Shown one piece after another: positions 20,601 to 31,025 of a DNA stretch of 46,990 bases. A program made the position numbers and the translations under genes. Numbering within the stretch: the stretch's first letter is position 1; the number at the start of each line of letters is the position of its first letter. The DNA comes from Flavobacteriaceae bacterium (GTDB lineage: Bacteria; Bacteroidota; Bacteroidia; Flavobacteriales; Flavobacteriaceae), in NCBI GenBank assembly GCA_029861705.1, contig JAOTYW010000001.1, positions 1-46,990 of the forward strand. The letters run 5' to 3'. The notes under the pieces were generated by a model. The model made no database searches, was not told where the DNA came from, and was given only the letters and a program-made list of their open reading frames with translations.

Positions 20601-23600
20601 GCGGAGGATGTACGGTCAGTGACACCTTTGACATTGTTAATCCGGCTAATCCAGTAGCCAGCATCGACCCGGCTTCAGATCTGTGTTATTCTTCAACAGA
20701 CCTGGCCGACGTTGTGGTCGGCGCAACTGGAGGATTGGCTCCCTATTTCTACCAAATTAATGGTGGGCCTACGCAAACATCCAATACGTTTAACGGCCTA
20801 ATTCCTGGAAATTACACCTTTACAGTTCTGGACAGCAACGGCTGTTCGGATACAGTAGCGTTGACGATTGAACCTGAACTTACTGTTGTTGCTGTGCTTA
20901 CAAAAGATCTAGACTGTACCGTATCACCTGATGCGGTAATTAACCTGACAACCAATGGGGGATATAGTCCCTATACCTATGAAATAGATGTCAATGGCGC
21001 AGGATATGTGCCCTATGCTGGTGGCTTCCCTTATACTACCTTAACTGCGGGATCATACCAATTCCGCGTAACCGATTCTCAGGGTTGTGTCGGGGAATCA
21101 AACATAATAACCGTTACCCCTGACGTTAATCCGGTAGCAACCGCAACTATCACAGATCCTACCTGCAATGGGGATGCCAATGGCATTGTGGAAATCAATG
21201 TAGATCCCAACTTCGGAGAACCGCCATATCTGATAAGCTTTGATGGTTCACCCTTCACAGCTCAAACCGTCTATACCGGGCTTGTAGCCGGCACGTACAA
21301 TTATACCGTTCAGGATGCTAAAGAATGTACCTATAGTGATTCAGCTATTTTGACAGATCCAGCGCTCTTTGATGCCAATATCGTCCCCACAGATGTTTCT
21401 TGTGGTGGAGTAGGAGTAGGTGATGTCCCGGGCAGGATTGATATCAATATCACCAGTGGTGGTGTGCCCAATTTTACCTATACACTCTATGATAATTTGA
21501 ACAATATTGTTGCAACCACAGGTCCTAATCCAATTGTTGGAACTCCGGCAACTTCCGTAACCTTTGACGGGCTTGGATTTGGGGATTATTATGTGCGCAT
21601 CATCGATGCGAATGGTTGCGAATATTATGAAAACCCTGTCCGCGTACGAGCCAATCCTTACCTCTCGGTCAACTCGACAGTTATTGTCGACTGTCCAACA
21701 GGAGGTACCGTGGAGCTATCTTCTGACGGTGGATCCGGCGATTATACTTTCACGATATACGGCACAGGTACAGGACCTGCCACCGAGGTGCCAGGCCCAG
21801 GGCCGCTGGAAGAGACAGCTACCTTTACCGGTTTGAATTCCGGTCAGACTTACATTTTCGAGGTAATTGATAACGTAACCATGTGCACCAGCTATGTAGA
21901 AGAGACCATTCCAGCCCTTTCTGCAATTGATGTAGTTGCCACACCTGCCATAACCGATGTCACTTGTAATGGAGATACCGATGGGTCTATTACATTTCAG
22001 ATAGAAAATTTTGATCCAGGTGTTACAGATATTAACTACAGCATCCTGGAATCATTGACGAATAATCCACTTGGTCCCGCTTACACAGGAACCGTAAATC
22101 AGCCTGCAGGTGGACCCACGCCAACACCGGTAGTCACAATAAACAATATACCACCGGGAGATTATGTGTTGTTCTTTGAGGAAGTAACAGCTCCTTTCTG
22201 CTCAAATACATTTAATTTCCGAATATTAGAACCTACAGGCATAACCCTATCGCTTGTAGATAACAACAATGCCAATTGTAATGAAGATGCTCAGGTAACT
22301 GTGCTGGCCACAGGAGGCACAGGCGCTCTTACTTACGCTTTCGTTCAAGATGCAGTAGCTCCGGTTGCTGGGGATTTTACAGCCAGTAATTATGCGGAGC
22401 TCGATCCGGCCGTGAACCTCAATTGGGATGTATATGCCCGGGATGCAAATGGGTGTACTACACCTCCTTTAGATGTGGCAATAGCAATGGATCCGTCACC
22501 GGATATATCGTTGACCGTCAATCAATGTACGGCTACAGAAGGAAATTTTGAGATTCGTGTTACATTGGACGTAGCTGGTATAGGTCCATATATGGTAAGT
22601 ATTAACGGTGGAGCTTATCAATCCACCACGCTAACTAATGCAGGTGATTTTTATGACATAACCGGTCTAAATTCTGGTTCATATTCAATTGCAGTTCGCG
22701 ATGCCAATACGTGTATTGACTCTGAGAACGTGGATATATATCCTCCTTCTTCAATAACTGCAGATGCACAAACCCAGCCTACATGTCTTGGATCTGACGG
22801 CCAAGTGCTTATTACGGCATATGGAGGTTCTGGATTCTATACATATGAACTCTTCCTTGGCGCTGTTAGTGTCGCTGGAGGGCCGCAGGCAGCACCATTG
22901 TTTACCGGACTGGCTCCGGGAACTTACGATGCCTTTATTTATGACAGTGTTGCAATTGGGTGTAGCGCTACCACCACAGTAACTCTCGAGGCTCCACAAG
23001 CGGTCACATTCACCACATCCCAGACTAATGTTTCTTGCGCCGGTGGTGCTGATGGCTCCGTAACAGCCATCCTGGACCCGGGAATGACTAACCCGCCTTA
23101 TGTGTATGAACTTTATGACAGCACCGGGCTTATCCTGCTTGCCGGTCCCCAAGCCAACGATACATTTACCGGCCTTGCCGCTGGAGATTATGAAGTATTG
23201 GTTCGTTCAAGCAGACTCTGTGAAGACAGGCAATCGGTTACTATTACCGAACCACTACCTGTGGCTGTAACAGCCACAGCTACAGATTTTGCCTGTAATC
23301 CTGATAACACCGTAAACCAGGCTGTAATCACAGCGGTGGGTGCCGATGGCACACCGGGATACCAATTCAGTATAGATGGGGTAAACTTTTTAAGCTCCAA
23401 TACGTTTGATATAAATGACACAGGCGTGGTTCAGAATATCACTGTAACCATTCGCGATAACAATGGGTGTACGGCCACCGATAACGTGACTATCAACCCA
23501 CTCCCAACAATAACGGATGTTTCGGTGAGCCAGATCACCGCCATCACATGCACAAATGACGAAACCATTCGGGTAACAGTTACCGGAGGTTCCGGAGATT

Positions 23601-26600
23601 TCGACTTTGACCTCCTCCCTCTTGGAACGGTTGCAACCATAAGTCCCGGACCAGGAATCTTTACAGCAGACTTCAACCTTTCATCGCCAGGGGACTATAC
23701 GTTCCAGGTAACAGATAATATCACCGGATGTTATTTTACTTCATCTCCGTATACGATTGCGCCATACGATCTGATCGAGGCTATTGCCACAGCAACGACC
23801 CCTGTCACCTGCTTCGGTGATTCGGATGGGGAGCTGAGCTTGCAAGTAAATAATTATGCCGGCAACTATACCTACCAGGTATTTGATGACACGGCTGCTC
23901 CTATTACAGGAGTGATCGCCGCAAATACTGCGGTGAATCCATTGACCATATCCGGTCTTCCTGCAGGTAATTTCTATGTGGAAGTGATTGCTACAGATAC
24001 GCCCTTTTGTGATGATACCACGAATACTATAACAATAGGTTCTCCGGCCATGGCAGTAGCCCTGGTTGAGACAAATAATATGAATGCCAATTGTAATAGT
24101 GGGGCTATCGTAACTGTACAGGCCAGTGGTGGTACGCCGGGCTATACCTATGCTTTTATGCCCACGGGGAATATTCCCGCTGCTGGTGACTATGGTCCGT
24201 CAAATACCGCCACATTAAGTCCGGCTGTATATCCTGCAGACTATGACGTATATACCCAAGACACCAATGGGTGTACAACCTTTATTACAGTCACTGTTGA
24301 CGAAGATCCGATGCCAACAGTTGCTGCACCAGCCTTCGCTACCGATCAGTGTACCTCTAATGGCACTTCCTATACGTTCACAGTTGTAGGTACAGGAGTG
24401 GCTCCTTTAGAATATTCTGCTGGAGCCGGCTACCAGTCCAGCCCAACCATTACTGTTTCTGCGGCTGGAACATATACCGTTACGGTACGCGATGTCAACG
24501 GTTGTACTGCAACAGACACCATAACAATACTTGAGCCCCTAGGTTTAACGGCAGAGCCCACGATCCAGCCTTCCTGTAGTGTGAACGATGGAGAGATCGT
24601 GATTACGGCTTCAGGAGGTTCCGGGGGATATGAATATGATCTGCTCGATGGCACGAGCACAAGTGTTATCGGCGGCATACCACAAGCTTCGAATACGTTC
24701 TCAGGTCTTGGTCCTGATTCGTATACAGCTATTGTTTATGATACAGTAGGTTCTGGATGTAGCGCACAGATAGCGGTCACGCTAGAAATGCCTGCGCCTG
24801 TGGTATTCACTACAACACATCAGGATGTAACCTGTAATGGAGCTGCAGATGGTGTGATCGAGATATTATTGGATCCTTCCAATAACAATCCGCCTTACAG
24901 CTATACCATAGATGACGGTATAAATCCGCCAATAGTACAAAGCAGTCCGATCTTTACGGGTCTTGCTCCGGAATCGTACAATGTTACCGTAACTTCTGCG
25001 AGAAACTGTTCGGATACACAAATAGTCGTAATCACAGAGCCGAATGTGTTAACGGTTTCTGCTGCTGCTACAGCATTTGCCTGTGCTGCAGATAACTCAG
25101 TTGCCCAGTCTGCTATAACGGCAACAGCCGCAGATGGTACAACGCCTTACATGTATAGTATAGACGGCGTGAATTTCGTAACGTCTAACACATTCCAGGT
25201 AAGCGATACAGGCGCCGTACAAAATATTACGGTTACTGTTCGTGACGCCAACGGCTGTACGGCCACAGATAATGTAACGATAGATCCAATAAACGCATTT
25301 ACCGTTGCAGTTACACAAAATACCGCGATCAGCTGTGTAAACCCTGAAGAGGTCTTGCTCACTGTAACTGATGATGGGAACCCGGCGAATACCTATACCT
25401 ACGAATTATTACCAATAGGTAATCCTAATGGAACTCTTACCAGTACACCTACCAATACTACGGCTACTTTTGATCTCACGGTAGTAGGTTCATATGTGTT
25501 CCGCGTAACGGATACTAATACAGGATGTTACGTAGACACGTCCCCATATGAAATCGCTCCGTACGACTTGATCGATGTCGTCACTCAGGCTGTAACCCCT
25601 GTGACATGCTTTGGTGATACAAATGGTGAGCTGTCCATAGATGTTACCGGTTTTTCGGGGACCTATGATTACGAAATATACACCCAGGCCGGTCCTTCTA
25701 CAGGTGTTACGGGCTCAGGAAATACTGCGGCGAATCCGTTAGTGATCAGTGGTTTATCCGGAGGAAATTATTTTGTCCGGGTGACCGAAACAGCACAGCC
25801 ATTCTGCATTGAAGATTCCAATATTGTTACTATCATCTCACCGGATATGCCATTATCAGCTTCCATATCGGAAGTTGCCAATGTGACATGCACGAACGAC
25901 CAGGGCGAGATCCTTGTGGATCCTGAAGGTGGCTATAGTCCCTATGCGATCGTACTGACCAATACGACAACAGCCCAGGTTTATAATGCCACAAACGTAA
26001 ATAGCTTTGTGTTTACAGGGCTTTCTGCAGGTAACTTTACTGTAGACATCACTGATGCCAACGGGTGCGTCATCAATGATGCTATCACCCTTGTTCAGCC
26101 GGCGCCAATAACGGCCGATATTACTGGTGCGCCATTGAGTCTGACATGCTACGGTGATACCAATGCAACCCTCACGGCAATCAATGTAGTAGGCGGACAG
26201 GGCACTTACCAGTACCAGTTAAATTATTATGATAATGCCGGTACAACCATTGTAATTACCAGCGGAGGACAGATCAGTCCTGTGTTCAATAATATTGGTG
26301 CCGGGATCTACAGCATCACAGTTTCAGACGGATGGAACTGCGATGTCGAAACTGTCCAAGTGACCGTTACAGAGCCTACTGAGGTTATGGCCTCGCTTAT
26401 CGAGCTGTCTCCAATGACTTGTACTAATCAGGCACAGATCGAGCTGACAGCAAGCGGAGGAGCTTCTCCTTACGAATACAGTTTGGATGGAATTGCCTTT
26501 AGTCCCATGTCTGGTGGTAATAACCACACCTTTACTGTGAATCCCGGTATTTATCAATACTATGTGCGCGATAGCTTCGGTTGTGTTGCCAATATATCCA

Positions 26601-28093
26601 ATCAAGTATCTGTAGAAGCGGTACCGCCATTGGCAATAGAAATAGATGATAGCGCAGCGATCATCAACTGTACCGGTGAATCTACAGCTACCTTAATTGC
26701 AGAAGCAACCGGTGGTTTAGGTAATTATTTCTATGAGTTATTTACCGATGCTACATTAACAACACTTATCAGTGGACCACAAGCAGGAGGTGAGTTTAAT
26801 AATCTGCCAGTGGGAAGTTATTGGATCAGAGTAACTAGTCAGGACTGTGTTGAAGTTACGCCTGAGATCATTATTACAGAACCGGGGCCGCTTCAAATAG
26901 ACCTGCAAGAATTTACAGATGTCACCTGTCAGGGTGAAAATGATGGAACTATTACCGTGGAAGTGTCGGGTGGCACAGGATCAATCCTTTATGCTATTAC
27001 GCCTAACTTGAATCAGTTTGATGATGTTAATGTCTTTACGGATCTTGAGCCGGGTGTATACGATGTCATTGCCCAGGATGAAAATGGTTGTTTTATACCA
27101 TTTCAGTTTACTATTTCCGAACCTGCGCCCATAGATATTACCTATTCTTCAACGCCGGAAGTTTGTGTTGGAGATTTTGGAGCAAGTATCACAATAAGTG
27201 TATCAGGGGGTACGGCTCCATACAGTACGGCATTTAATTCCAATGATGATGCTGATTTTGTACAGAATCAATTCGACTTTGGTGGATTGGCCGGTGGCAC
27301 TTACGTCATCTTTGTGCGTGATGCTGCAGGTTGTGACGCCAATGTAATAGTTGAGGTTGACGAAGGTGTAGACCTGAATGCTCTAGTCGAACCGGTATAC
27401 GTGTGTACATCAGATCTTCCTGATAACTATATCAATATTACGTTCGAGGACGATTCTGTTCTGGGCTCAGTAATGTATGCTCTGGATACTACAGATCCAG
27501 CAGCCCTGCAATTGAATCCTGATTTCAGAAATATCCCCGCCGGAGATCATTTTGTGACCGTAGCTCATGCGAATGGGTGCATGCAAACTATAGATTTTAC
27601 TATTGACGGGTATGAACCATTGACCCTGGTGTTGGAGCAAATTAATCTGAATGAGATCACCGCTATTGCCGATGGAGGTACGCCTGGATATACATACTTT
27701 TTCGATGGATATAACAATGGGTCAGATAATACCTATCATATCAATCGAACAGACACATTCACGGTTCAGGTAGAAGATTCTATCGGCTGTATTGTGGAAG
27801 CACAGATCGCTATGGAGTTCATTGATATTGAGATCCCGAATTACTTCACCCCAGACGGTGATGGGCTTAATGATACCTGGGCTCCGGATAATCGTGAGGG
27901 CTGGCCACAAATACTAACGCTAATTTTTGATCGTTATGGTAGAGAGGTCTATAGGATGGGGTATGATACCGCTGAATGGGATGGAACCTATAGCGGAAAA
28001 GAGCTTCCAACCGGGGATTATTGGTATGTGATCAAGCTTCGGGGAGAAAACGATGAAAGAGAATTTGTCGGCCATTTTACACTCTATAGATAA
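14672..28093 (+). CDS. Giant (4473 aa) SprB-like cell-surface repeat adhesin with a T9SS type-B C-terminal sorting domain
   Basis: A single uninterrupted 13.4-kb ORF. I prefer the ATG at 14672 ([24 protein letters not shown], a signal peptide). Layout: a unique N-terminal domain of about 380 aa; a DUF11-like unit ([48 protein letters not shown]); 2 Ig-like units; about 43 units of 75-85 aa with the SprB-repeat pattern (C-x-G-x2-DG...GG-x2-PY-x-Y...F-x-GL-x-(A/P)G-x-Y-x-(V/I)-x-V-x-D-x-(N/G)GC); then the [19 protein letters not shown]...GDYWYVIKL...FVGHFTLYR. Confidence 0.9.
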   Translation: MKTRLTRNLLLAGLLLFSFIGLGQEFNPFDVRYQNNLRGDLTFIGNNIVNRDGGTGSTEPEDPYDATGNSSTYNDWLNMQYIDVDSDPSTFSSSTANFQFPQANCNLIRYAGLYWSATYPSAQAGQPLGTGRQNDFNQVQLAVPGAGYVNVVADEVLFDGFTSGDPSVTQNSPYACYADITALITPLADPSGDYTVANIRSVTGSLSPGGGAAGGWSLVIVYENPTLSGKLITTFDGFARVRSANPQVDINYAGFNTIPVGPVRANIGAAALEGDNRITGDQMQIRAASNPGFTVISDPVNPASNFFNSNITLNGAITTNRTPNSINTLGYDTDMFQLNNPVNSVIPNDETAATMRFTSNGDQYYPFFNSFNVEIIEPNIILEKKVEDLAGNDITGLGVNLGQFLDYILTFQNIGNDNATNYTLRDDLPINVSVIESDIVAPAGVTWVYDPVAHDITFSIPDSLIEEFDPASSIRLRVQVAENCFDFIDACTDLIANQAYSTYQGVINNAVITDDPSVSDFDNCGFVTPGATNFLLDDLENCDFSRTVQLCGNDVLLDAGDNFDQYIWYEDLNTNGLIDPSDPVITDGDPDGDPSTLLVTQVGMYIVDKIVADPCKGFQEIITVEPFGATYPNPITELINDLTNTVEGEVVTCPNDGEELPKVFLCGANDTELLSLNIPDAVSIDWEQLDETSCAASVADCANKDSGCTWNTVATGFDYTAQDAGQYRLVVSYQNGCFARFYFNIFKNPLDPQYNSTDIICATPGNITITNMPADYEYQLLDTTTGAVLVPWGSSPSFPIATNGIYSVEMRQAGVIGGCIFMLDNIGILLRDYQVDVTARDADCSGLGEIYIAQLNVEAQYYYEIQQGGATIDTFGPSNDNNYTFQNLNAGTYDVIASTDDGCTYTEQVTIQDNNDLTLTAQISQHISCREGNIQMDSNGGQTPHVYAIWSFIDEGGNPIVSYPSVNDIPPSEFQTSVIFDVLIPGDYTFVVVDKNNCFAISNTVTIVLVPSIEYDPSTVTNESCFGAADGSISFNLTNTNGYQITFHLIDDTGTILESNSSGVFTNLPQGDYTVRLDQSKGGATCEFFEYYTISGPPSGVSGNAVLVQPYTCLQTATIEAQNAAGGTPPYEYSIDGINFVSGAGAETFTGLTDGDYTITIRDATGCTFQTNTITVDPLNIPDDLSFSMTPVTCPDETSDLTADVLNGIAPFTFEIIAPAVIPASSTSGSQATFDDLPPGTYTVEVTDATGCAYDENFTINAIPKINVAGSLVSNVSCFGMADGAVDFNVADFASTYSYTINGGAAITGQSASTINLTGLAAGTYTIVVTDETLNCISTDAVTVSEPTAALAFTYNVSPISCASDGSVTINATDGWGSYTYELEQPDTTVLGPQGSNVFGGLTQAGNYTISVTDGGGCTVTDTFSLSAPSNPTVTLAATTDLCYSAPGGVSLTAAAGGGVPPYSYSLNGGPGQVSNIFAGLSPGSYSVIVTDIYGCTGTSNIVVIEQQLTATGVLTKELDCTASPDAVIDVTISNGYAPYTYEVNGGASIAVVGNTFTYTTATDGTFVFTITDSEGCTAETTVFVEPITNPVAAETIVDPSCNSATDGSVDIIIDTNFGTAPYEVSFDGSGFSPQTFYSALPAGTYSYSVRDSKNCTFTNTVTLTEPTAISGDAVITQAYTCLQNGEIQSQNVAGGTPGYTYSIDGVTFGASDTFSGLTDGIYTISIMDSNGCIFVTAPVSIPALDPPTDIAFTATAPNCPAQTSDVTLTVTDGVGAITYEIIAPAPINNGNNNIFTGLAPDTYTFRATDANGCSYDEAYTIIPVSLISVGGSLVNNVSCVGDADGAADFAVNGFATTYAYTVNGGPAVTGQSAAVINLTGLVAGNYTVVVTDETTSCTATDAVTISEPATPLAFTFTATPLTCVADASVTINATDGWGGYTYEIEQPDTTILGPQASAIFTGLNQLGTYTIRVTDGGGCTVSDTFDIVNPANPVASIDPASDLCYSSTDLADVVVGATGGLAPYFYQINGGPTQTSNTFNGLIPGNYTFTVLDSNGCSDTVALTIEPELTVVAVLTKDLDCTVSPDAVINLTTNGGYSPYTYEIDVNGAGYVPYAGGFPYTTLTAGSYQFRVTDSQGCVGESNIITVTPDVNPVATATITDPTCNGDANGIVEINVDPNFGEPPYLISFDGSPFTAQTVYTGLVAGTYNYTVQDAKECTYSDSAILTDPALFDANIVPTDVSCGGVGVGDVPGRIDINITSGGVPNFTYTLYDNLNNIVATTGPNPIVGTPATSVTFDGLGFGDYYVRIIDANGCEYYENPVRVRANPYLSVNSTVIVDCPTGGTVELSSDGGSGDYTFTIYGTGTGPATEVPGPGPLEETATFTGLNSGQTYIFEVIDNVTMCTSYVEETIPALSAIDVVATPAITDVTCNGDTDGSITFQIENFDPGVTDINYSILESLTNNPLGPAYTGTVNQPAGGPTPTPVVTINNIPPGDYVLFFEEVTAPFCSNTFNFRILEPTGITLSLVDNNNANCNEDAQVTVLATGGTGALTYAFVQDAVAPVAGDFTASNYAELDPAVNLNWDVYARDANGCTTPPLDVAIAMDPSPDISLTVNQCTATEGNFEIRVTLDVAGIGPYMVSINGGAYQSTTLTNAGDFYDITGLNSGSYSIAVRDANTCIDSENVDIYPPSSITADAQTQPTCLGSDGQVLITAYGGSGFYTYELFLGAVSVAGGPQAAPLFTGLAPGTYDAFIYDSVAIGCSATTTVTLEAPQAVTFTTSQTNVSCAGGADGSVTAILDPGMTNPPYVYELYDSTGLILLAGPQANDTFTGLAAGDYEVLVRSSRLCEDRQSVTITEPLPVAVTATATDFACNPDNTVNQAVITAVGADGTPGYQFSIDGVNFLSSNTFDINDTGVVQNITVTIRDNNGCTATDNVTINPLPTITDVSVSQITAITCTNDETIRVTVTGGSGDFDFDLLPLGTVATISPGPGIFTADFNLSSPGDYTFQVTDNITGCYFTSSPYTIAPYDLIEAIATATTPVTCFGDSDGELSLQVNNYAGNYTYQVFDDTAAPITGVIAANTAVNPLTISGLPAGNFYVEVIATDTPFCDDTTNTITIGSPAMAVALVETNNMNANCNSGAIVTVQASGGTPGYTYAFMPTGNIPAAGDYGPSNTATLSPAVYPADYDVYTQDTNGCTTFITVTVDEDPMPTVAAPAFATDQCTSNGTSYTFTVVGTGVAPLEYSAGAGYQSSPTITVSAAGTYTVTVRDVNGCTATDTITILEPLGLTAEPTIQPSCSVNDGEIVITASGGSGGYEYDLLDGTSTSVIGGIPQASNTFSGLGPDSYTAIVYDTVGSGCSAQIAVTLEMPAPVVFTTTHQDVTCNGAADGVIEILLDPSNNNPPYSYTIDDGINPPIVQSSPIFTGLAPESYNVTVTSARNCSDTQIVVITEPNVLTVSAAATAFACAADNSVAQSAITATAADGTTPYMYSIDGVNFVTSNTFQVSDTGAVQNITVTVRDANGCTATDNVTIDPINAFTVAVTQNTAISCVNPEEVLLTVTDDGNPANTYTYELLPIGNPNGTLTSTPTNTTATFDLTVVGSYVFRVTDTNTGCYVDTSPYEIAPYDLIDVVTQAVTPVTCFGDTNGELSIDVTGFSGTYDYEIYTQAGPSTGVTGSGNTAANPLVISGLSGGNYFVRVTETAQPFCIEDSNIVTIISPDMPLSASISEVANVTCTNDQGEILVDPEGGYSPYAIVLTNTTTAQVYNATNVNSFVFTGLSAGNFTVDITDANGCVINDAITLVQPAPITADITGAPLSLTCYGDTNATLTAINVVGGQGTYQYQLNYYDNAGTTIVITSGGQISPVFNNIGAGIYSITVSDGWNCDVETVQVTVTEPTEVMASLIELSPMTCTNQAQIELTASGGASPYEYSLDGIAFSPMSGGNNHTFTVNPGIYQYYVRDSFGCVANISNQVSVEAVPPLAIEIDDSAAIINCTGESTATLIAEATGGLGNYFYELFTDATLTTLISGPQAGGEFNNLPVGSYWIRVTSQDCVEVTPEIIITEPGPLQIDLQEFTDVTCQGENDGTITVEVSGGTGSILYAITPNLNQFDDVNVFTDLEPGVYDVIAQDENGCFIPFQFTISEPAPIDITYSSTPEVCVGDFGASITISVSGGTAPYSTAFNSNDDADFVQNQFDFGGLAGGTYVIFVRDAAGCDANVIVEVDEGVDLNALVEPVYVCTSDLPDNYINITFEDDSVLGSVMYALDTTDPAALQLNPDFRNIPAGDHFVTVAHANGCMQTIDFTIDGYEPLTLVLEQINLNEITAIADGGTPGYTYFFDGYNNGSDNTYHINRTDTFTVQVEDSIGCIVEAQIAMEFIDIEIPNYFTPDGDGLNDTWAPDNREGWPQILTLIFDRYGREVYRMGYDTAEWDGTYSGKELPTGDYWYVIKLRGENDEREFVGHFTLYR
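17975..21388 (+). repeat. Intragenic tandem duplication: two copies of a 7-unit super-repeat (~569 codons each)
   Basis: Copy 1 starts at AGT GGT AAT ([14 protein letters not shown]) at 17975. Copy 2 starts at AGT GGG GAT ([14 protein letters not shown]) at 19682. The offset is 1707 nt, and both anchors are in frame. The copies are collinear over all 7 units, at roughly 60% aa identity by eye. Confidence 0.85.
21915..25850 (+). repeat. Intragenic tandem array of a second, different 7-unit super-repeat: two full periods plus one extra unit (units X1-X3, X4-X7, X1-X3, X4-X7, X1)
   Basis: In-frame Cys-codon anchors of unit X1 are at 21965, 23810 and 25607, giving periods of 1845 and 1797 nt. 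Anchors of unit X4 are at 22784 and 24575, giving a period of 1791 nt. Example pair: [41 protein letters not shown]...[23 protein letters not shown] versus [41 protein letters not shown]...[23 protein letters not shown]. Confidence 0.8.
27831..28090 (+). other. T9SS type-B C-terminal sorting domain of the giant adhesin
   Basis: [87 protein letters not shown]. This is the pattern of the gliding-motility-associated C-terminal domain. Confidence 0.8.
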
Positions 28094-28113
28094 CAAATAA
28101 CCAAATCGAGACC

Positions 28114-29058
28114 ATGCGGAATTCAATTGTAACATTCATATTGGCATTAGGGTGTTTGGCGGGGCACTCGCAGGAGCTTACGCTTCCACAATTGTCTCAG
28201 TATTTGGCAGATAACCCCTTTGTGATGTCTCCTACCTATTCCGGGATCGGAGACCATATCAAGGTGCGTGTAAACGGCCTGACACAATGGGTGGGGATAG
28301 AAGATGCGCCGGATACTCAATCGCTGGCCGCCGATGCGCGGCTTGGAAACAAATCAGGGCTGGGGATGCTCATGTATAATGATAGTAACGGGGAGACGAA
28401 ACAACGTGGTGCCCGCATATCTTTTGCGCATCACCTGACGCTCGATAGGTATGAGGATGAGTTCTTGTCGTTTGGGCTGTCTTATAATTTTAACCAGTTT
28501 CGGATCGATATTCAAAACTTTGATAGTCCTGATCCAAGCGTGACTGATGATCGGGCTACTACAAACCACAACTTTGATGTTGGGGTATTATACAGGTTGA
28601 ATAAATTTTATTTCAGTGTCAACGCCTCTAACTTATTGGATAAAGACCTGACCAAATTCAACCCGGTTTTTGAGCCAAATCGTTTGCGTAATTATTATGT
28701 GTATACCGGATATAGGTATACTAAAAATAAAAACAGTCGCTTAGAGATAGAGCCGTCTGTTTTCTTTCAATGGTTTGAAAGTGATGGGCGCTCTGTAACC
28801 GACTTGAATACTAAGTTCCGGTATTACGACTTTGAAGATTACTACTATGCCGGAGTGACGTATCGTTTTCTTAATGACCAAATTGGAAATCCGCTTTATA
28901 TAGCGCCGATCATTGGTTTGAAAAAGAGCAATTTCTATTTTGGTTATTCTTACCAGATCATTTTAAATGAGATCCTGGGATATAGCACAGGTACCCACGT
29001 GGTTACTTTGGGGGTCGATCTTTTTCAGGGGCTTAGTAATTGTCGCTGCACATACTAG
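28114..29058 (+). CDS. PorP/SprF-family T9SS outer-membrane protein; occupies the SprF-like position just downstream of the giant adhesin
   Basis: 314 aa. Signal peptide FILALGCLAGHSQ, then LPQLSQYLADNPFVMSPTYSGIG, GLGMLMYNDSNGETK and a beta-strand-rich remainder typical of PorP/SprF. It starts 20 nt after the giant gene's stop. Confidence 0.88.
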   Translation: MRNSIVTFILALGCLAGHSQELTLPQLSQYLADNPFVMSPTYSGIGDHIKVRVNGLTQWVGIEDAPDTQSLAADARLGNKSGLGMLMYNDSNGETKQRGARISFAHHLTLDRYEDEFLSFGLSYNFNQFRIDIQNFDSPDPSVTDDRATTNHNFDVGVLYRLNKFYFSVNASNLLDKDLTKFNPVFEPNRLRNYYVYTGYRYTKNKNSRLEIEPSVFFQWFESDGRSVTDLNTKFRYYDFEDYYYAGVTYRFLNDQIGNPLYIAPIIGLKKSNFYFGYSYQIILNEILGYSTGTHVVTLGVDLFQGLSNCRCTY

Positions 29059-29102
29059 ATATTCCCTGGTTTATTCTAAGTTTGCCTGAAAATGTAACTG
29101 CT

Positions 29103-29459
29103 TTGGGCACAATCCGATTACATACTATTCAATTATACGCCTTTCATGGCTGTCTTAAAGAAGAGCGAAAAATTGGCAGTGAATATACTGTTGATGTCAG
29201 TCTTAGCGCCGATCTTCAAAGCGCATCAAATACCGATCGCCTTCTTGATACATTAGATTATGTGCAAGTCCATCGCATCGTACAGGAAGAAATGAAAATT
29301 CCTTCCGATTTACTGGAACATGTAGCTGGTAGAATTTTAAAGAGACTTTTTAAAGAATTATTGCAATTGGAAAGCGCAACCGCTACGGTTGCTAAAGTTA
29401 ATCCGCCTATAATGGGTGATGTGGCATCAGTAAGTGTGACGCTGACTAAATCCCGATGA
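29103..29459 (+). CDS. folB: Dihydroneopterin aldolase
   Basis: The frame is open from a TTG at 29040 (inside the end of the upstream gene), and there is no ATG before residue 85. A TTG at 29103 would give (M)GTIRLHTIQLYAFHGCLKEERKIGSEYTVDVSL..., 118 aa, which is the usual FolB size and N-terminal pattern. The product call is firmer than the start call. Confidence 0.75.
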   Translation: MGTIRLHTIQLYAFHGCLKEERKIGSEYTVDVSLSADLQSASNTDRLLDTLDYVQVHRIVQEEMKIPSDLLEHVAGRILKRLFKELLQLESATATVAKVNPPIMGDVASVSVTLTKSR

Positions 29460-29507
29460 TCTTCGTTTTAAGATGACATAAAAAGGCGTATTTTTACATC
29501 CTGATTT

Positions 29508-29578
29508 GGCATCGTGGCCGAGTGGCTAGGCACAGCTCTGCAAAAGCTTGTACAGCGGTTCGAATCCGCTCGATGCCT
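29508..29578 (+). tRNA. tRNA-Cys (anticodon GCA)
   Basis: Folded by hand. Acceptor GGCATCG pairs with CGATGCC. The D-arm is GCC-G-AGTGGCTA-GGC. The anticodon stem AGCT/AGCT has loop CTGCAAA (GCA). The T-arm is AGCGG-TTCGAAT-CCGCT. Discriminator is T. CCA is not encoded. Confidence 0.9.
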
Positions 29579-29580
29579 CA

Positions 29581-29609
29581 GCAAACCCTTTCATCCCGAA
29601 AGGGTTTGC
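29581..29609. terminator. Perfect 12-bp stem-loop between tRNA-Cys and the convergent LysE gene; likely a terminator
   Basis: GCAAACCCTTTC (29581-29592), loop ATCCC, GAAAGGGTTTGC (29598-29609). It is followed on the + strand by TATTCTGTTTCC. Its last base overlaps the LysE stop codon. Confidence 0.55.
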
Positions 29610-30295
29610 TATTCTGTTTCCTTTTTAGTTTCCTCCTGAAGTAATTCAATGCCTTTTTCAAGGTTTAATTGATCTTTGGGCAAGAATCCCTTAACAATAA
29701 GCACGGCTCCACAGATCACAAGTACAATGCCCAATATCTTTTTAACCCTTCGGATCCGTTCCATGGTTAATTTTTTTCTTAACTGCTTGGCTAGTACTAT
29801 TTTAACTAAATCCGTAATAAAAAACGCCCCCAACATAGAGCCGAAAAACACCATCATCCGCTTGGGATCGTTATCCACGCTTGGGCCAACAACAATTATA
29901 ACACCAAGCCAAAACATTAAAACACCAACGTTTATGAAATTCAGCAGGAATCCCTTGATAAAAAGGCTGAGGTAACCTCCTTTTCTGGGTTTTAAATCAG
30001 GGTTTCCACGAATAAATGCTTTGCTGAAAAATGTTATAAGGCCATACACTAATAAGATCAAGCCGCCGAAAACATAAAGGCCGGGTAAATTACTCAGGTT
30101 TTCTAATAGTTGATAACTACTGAAATATGCTATCAATAGAAAGAATATGTCGGCTAAAATAACGCCGAGGTCAAAGAATACCCCGGCACGAAAACCTTTA
30201 GTTGCACTTGTTTCAAGGAGGACAAAGAACACAGGTCCGATCATAAAGCTCATTAGGATGCCTAATGGGATAGCCGCCTGTATATCTTCAAACAT
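29609..30295 (-). CDS. LysE/RhtB-family amino-acid exporter
   Basis: 228 aa with about 6 TM segments. The N-terminus IPLGILMSFMIGPVFFVLLETSATKGFRAG matches the LysE-family pattern. Confidence 0.8.
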   Translation of the reverse strand: MFEDIQAAIPLGILMSFMIGPVFFVLLETSATKGFRAGVFFDLGVILADIFFLLIAYFSSYQLLENLSNLPGLYVFGGLILLVYGLITFFSKAFIRGNPDLKPRKGGYLSLFIKGFLLNFINVGVLMFWLGVIIVVGPSVDNDPKRMMVFFGSMLGAFFITDLVKIVLAKQLRKKLTMERIRRVKKILGIVLVICGAVLIVKGFLPKDQLNLEKGIELLQEETKKETE

Positions 30296-30299
30296 AGGA

Positions 30300-30983
30300 T
30301 TAATTCATTCGTTTGATCTTTCCCCCAAAAACGGTTTTTTCTTCCATGCGATCAGGGTCACCATAGACTAACACTTCGCCCCCCGCCTTTACTGTAGCCT
30401 GCACATAGGTGCTGGCATAAATTTCCGCACTTGAGCCTGCATTTACATTTACTGTAGTAAATTTTGTGCGCATTTCCTTTCCTTCATAAACACCCCCGGT
30501 ATTAATGATCACATCCTGATTATCTGCAATACCCTGAGCTGTGATGACACCGCCCGTTACTGATTTAATAAGCATTTGCTCAACTTCAGCTACGAGCAGA
30601 ATCTCACCTCCCTCTTGTGCTCTTAACTCCAGAACTTCTTGTGTTATCGTTTCTTTTGAAGTGATTCGGGCATCTTCGTTAACATCTATTACCATCAGGG
30701 TGCCTGAGTAATGCAGGTCGATGAATGTTCTATAACCGCTGAATAGTTTGTCAACTTGCATGCGTAATTTCAGTACGCCATCATTATTGACTATAGCAAC
30801 CTTACGGATATTTGCTCCTGTGATGACTGCCTTATTTTCATTTGACGGAATAAGGTTTATCGAAAGGCCGTCAAATGCCTTTATTTCTTCAAAATCCGAT
30901 AAGGTCATTGTGATAGAAGAATCCTGTGCAGCAAGCTGGGGAAGAGTTGCTATCAGCATCATAAATAAGAATATCCGCTTCAT
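30300..30983 (-). CDS. Secreted DUF2807 / head-GIN-domain protein (beta-helix-like)
   Basis: 227 aa. Signal peptide FLFMMLIATLPQLAAQ. Repeated G-x-(V/I) beta-strand segments (VTGGVITAQG, INTGGVYEG, VNAGSSAEIYA, VKAGGEVLVYG), as seen in DUF2807 proteins. The family name is my recollection. Confidence 0.65.
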   Translation of the reverse strand: MKRIFLFMMLIATLPQLAAQDSSITMTLSDFEEIKAFDGLSINLIPSNENKAVITGANIRKVAIVNNDGVLKLRMQVDKLFSGYRTFIDLHYSGTLMVIDVNEDARITSKETITQEVLELRAQEGGEILLVAEVEQMLIKSVTGGVITAQGIADNQDVIINTGGVYEGKEMRTKFTTVNVNAGSSAEIYASTYVQATVKAGGEVLVYGDPDRMEEKTVFGGKIKRMN

Positions 30984-31025
30984 TGTTTTACGCTTTTGTT
31001 TATCGATTGGATAACTAGCTGTAAA

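Noticed and set aside
15231-27910. About 25 ORFs of 61-133 aa, mostly antisense, inside the giant adhesin gene (for example 22751-23152, 19976-20287, 16736-17008).
   Set aside because: All lie fully inside one uninterrupted 13.4-kb ORF with clear domain logic. Their translations are low-information (Val/Thr/Ser/Cys-rich mirror images of the repeats). Long stop-free antisense frames are expected in repetitive, compositionally biased coding DNA.
29508-30300. tRNA-Cys as a possible integration site for a genomic island.
   Set aside because: No integrase, no transposase and no direct repeat of the tRNA 3' end was seen downstream. The flanking genes (LysE exporter, DUF2807, rnr) look like ordinary chromosomal genes.
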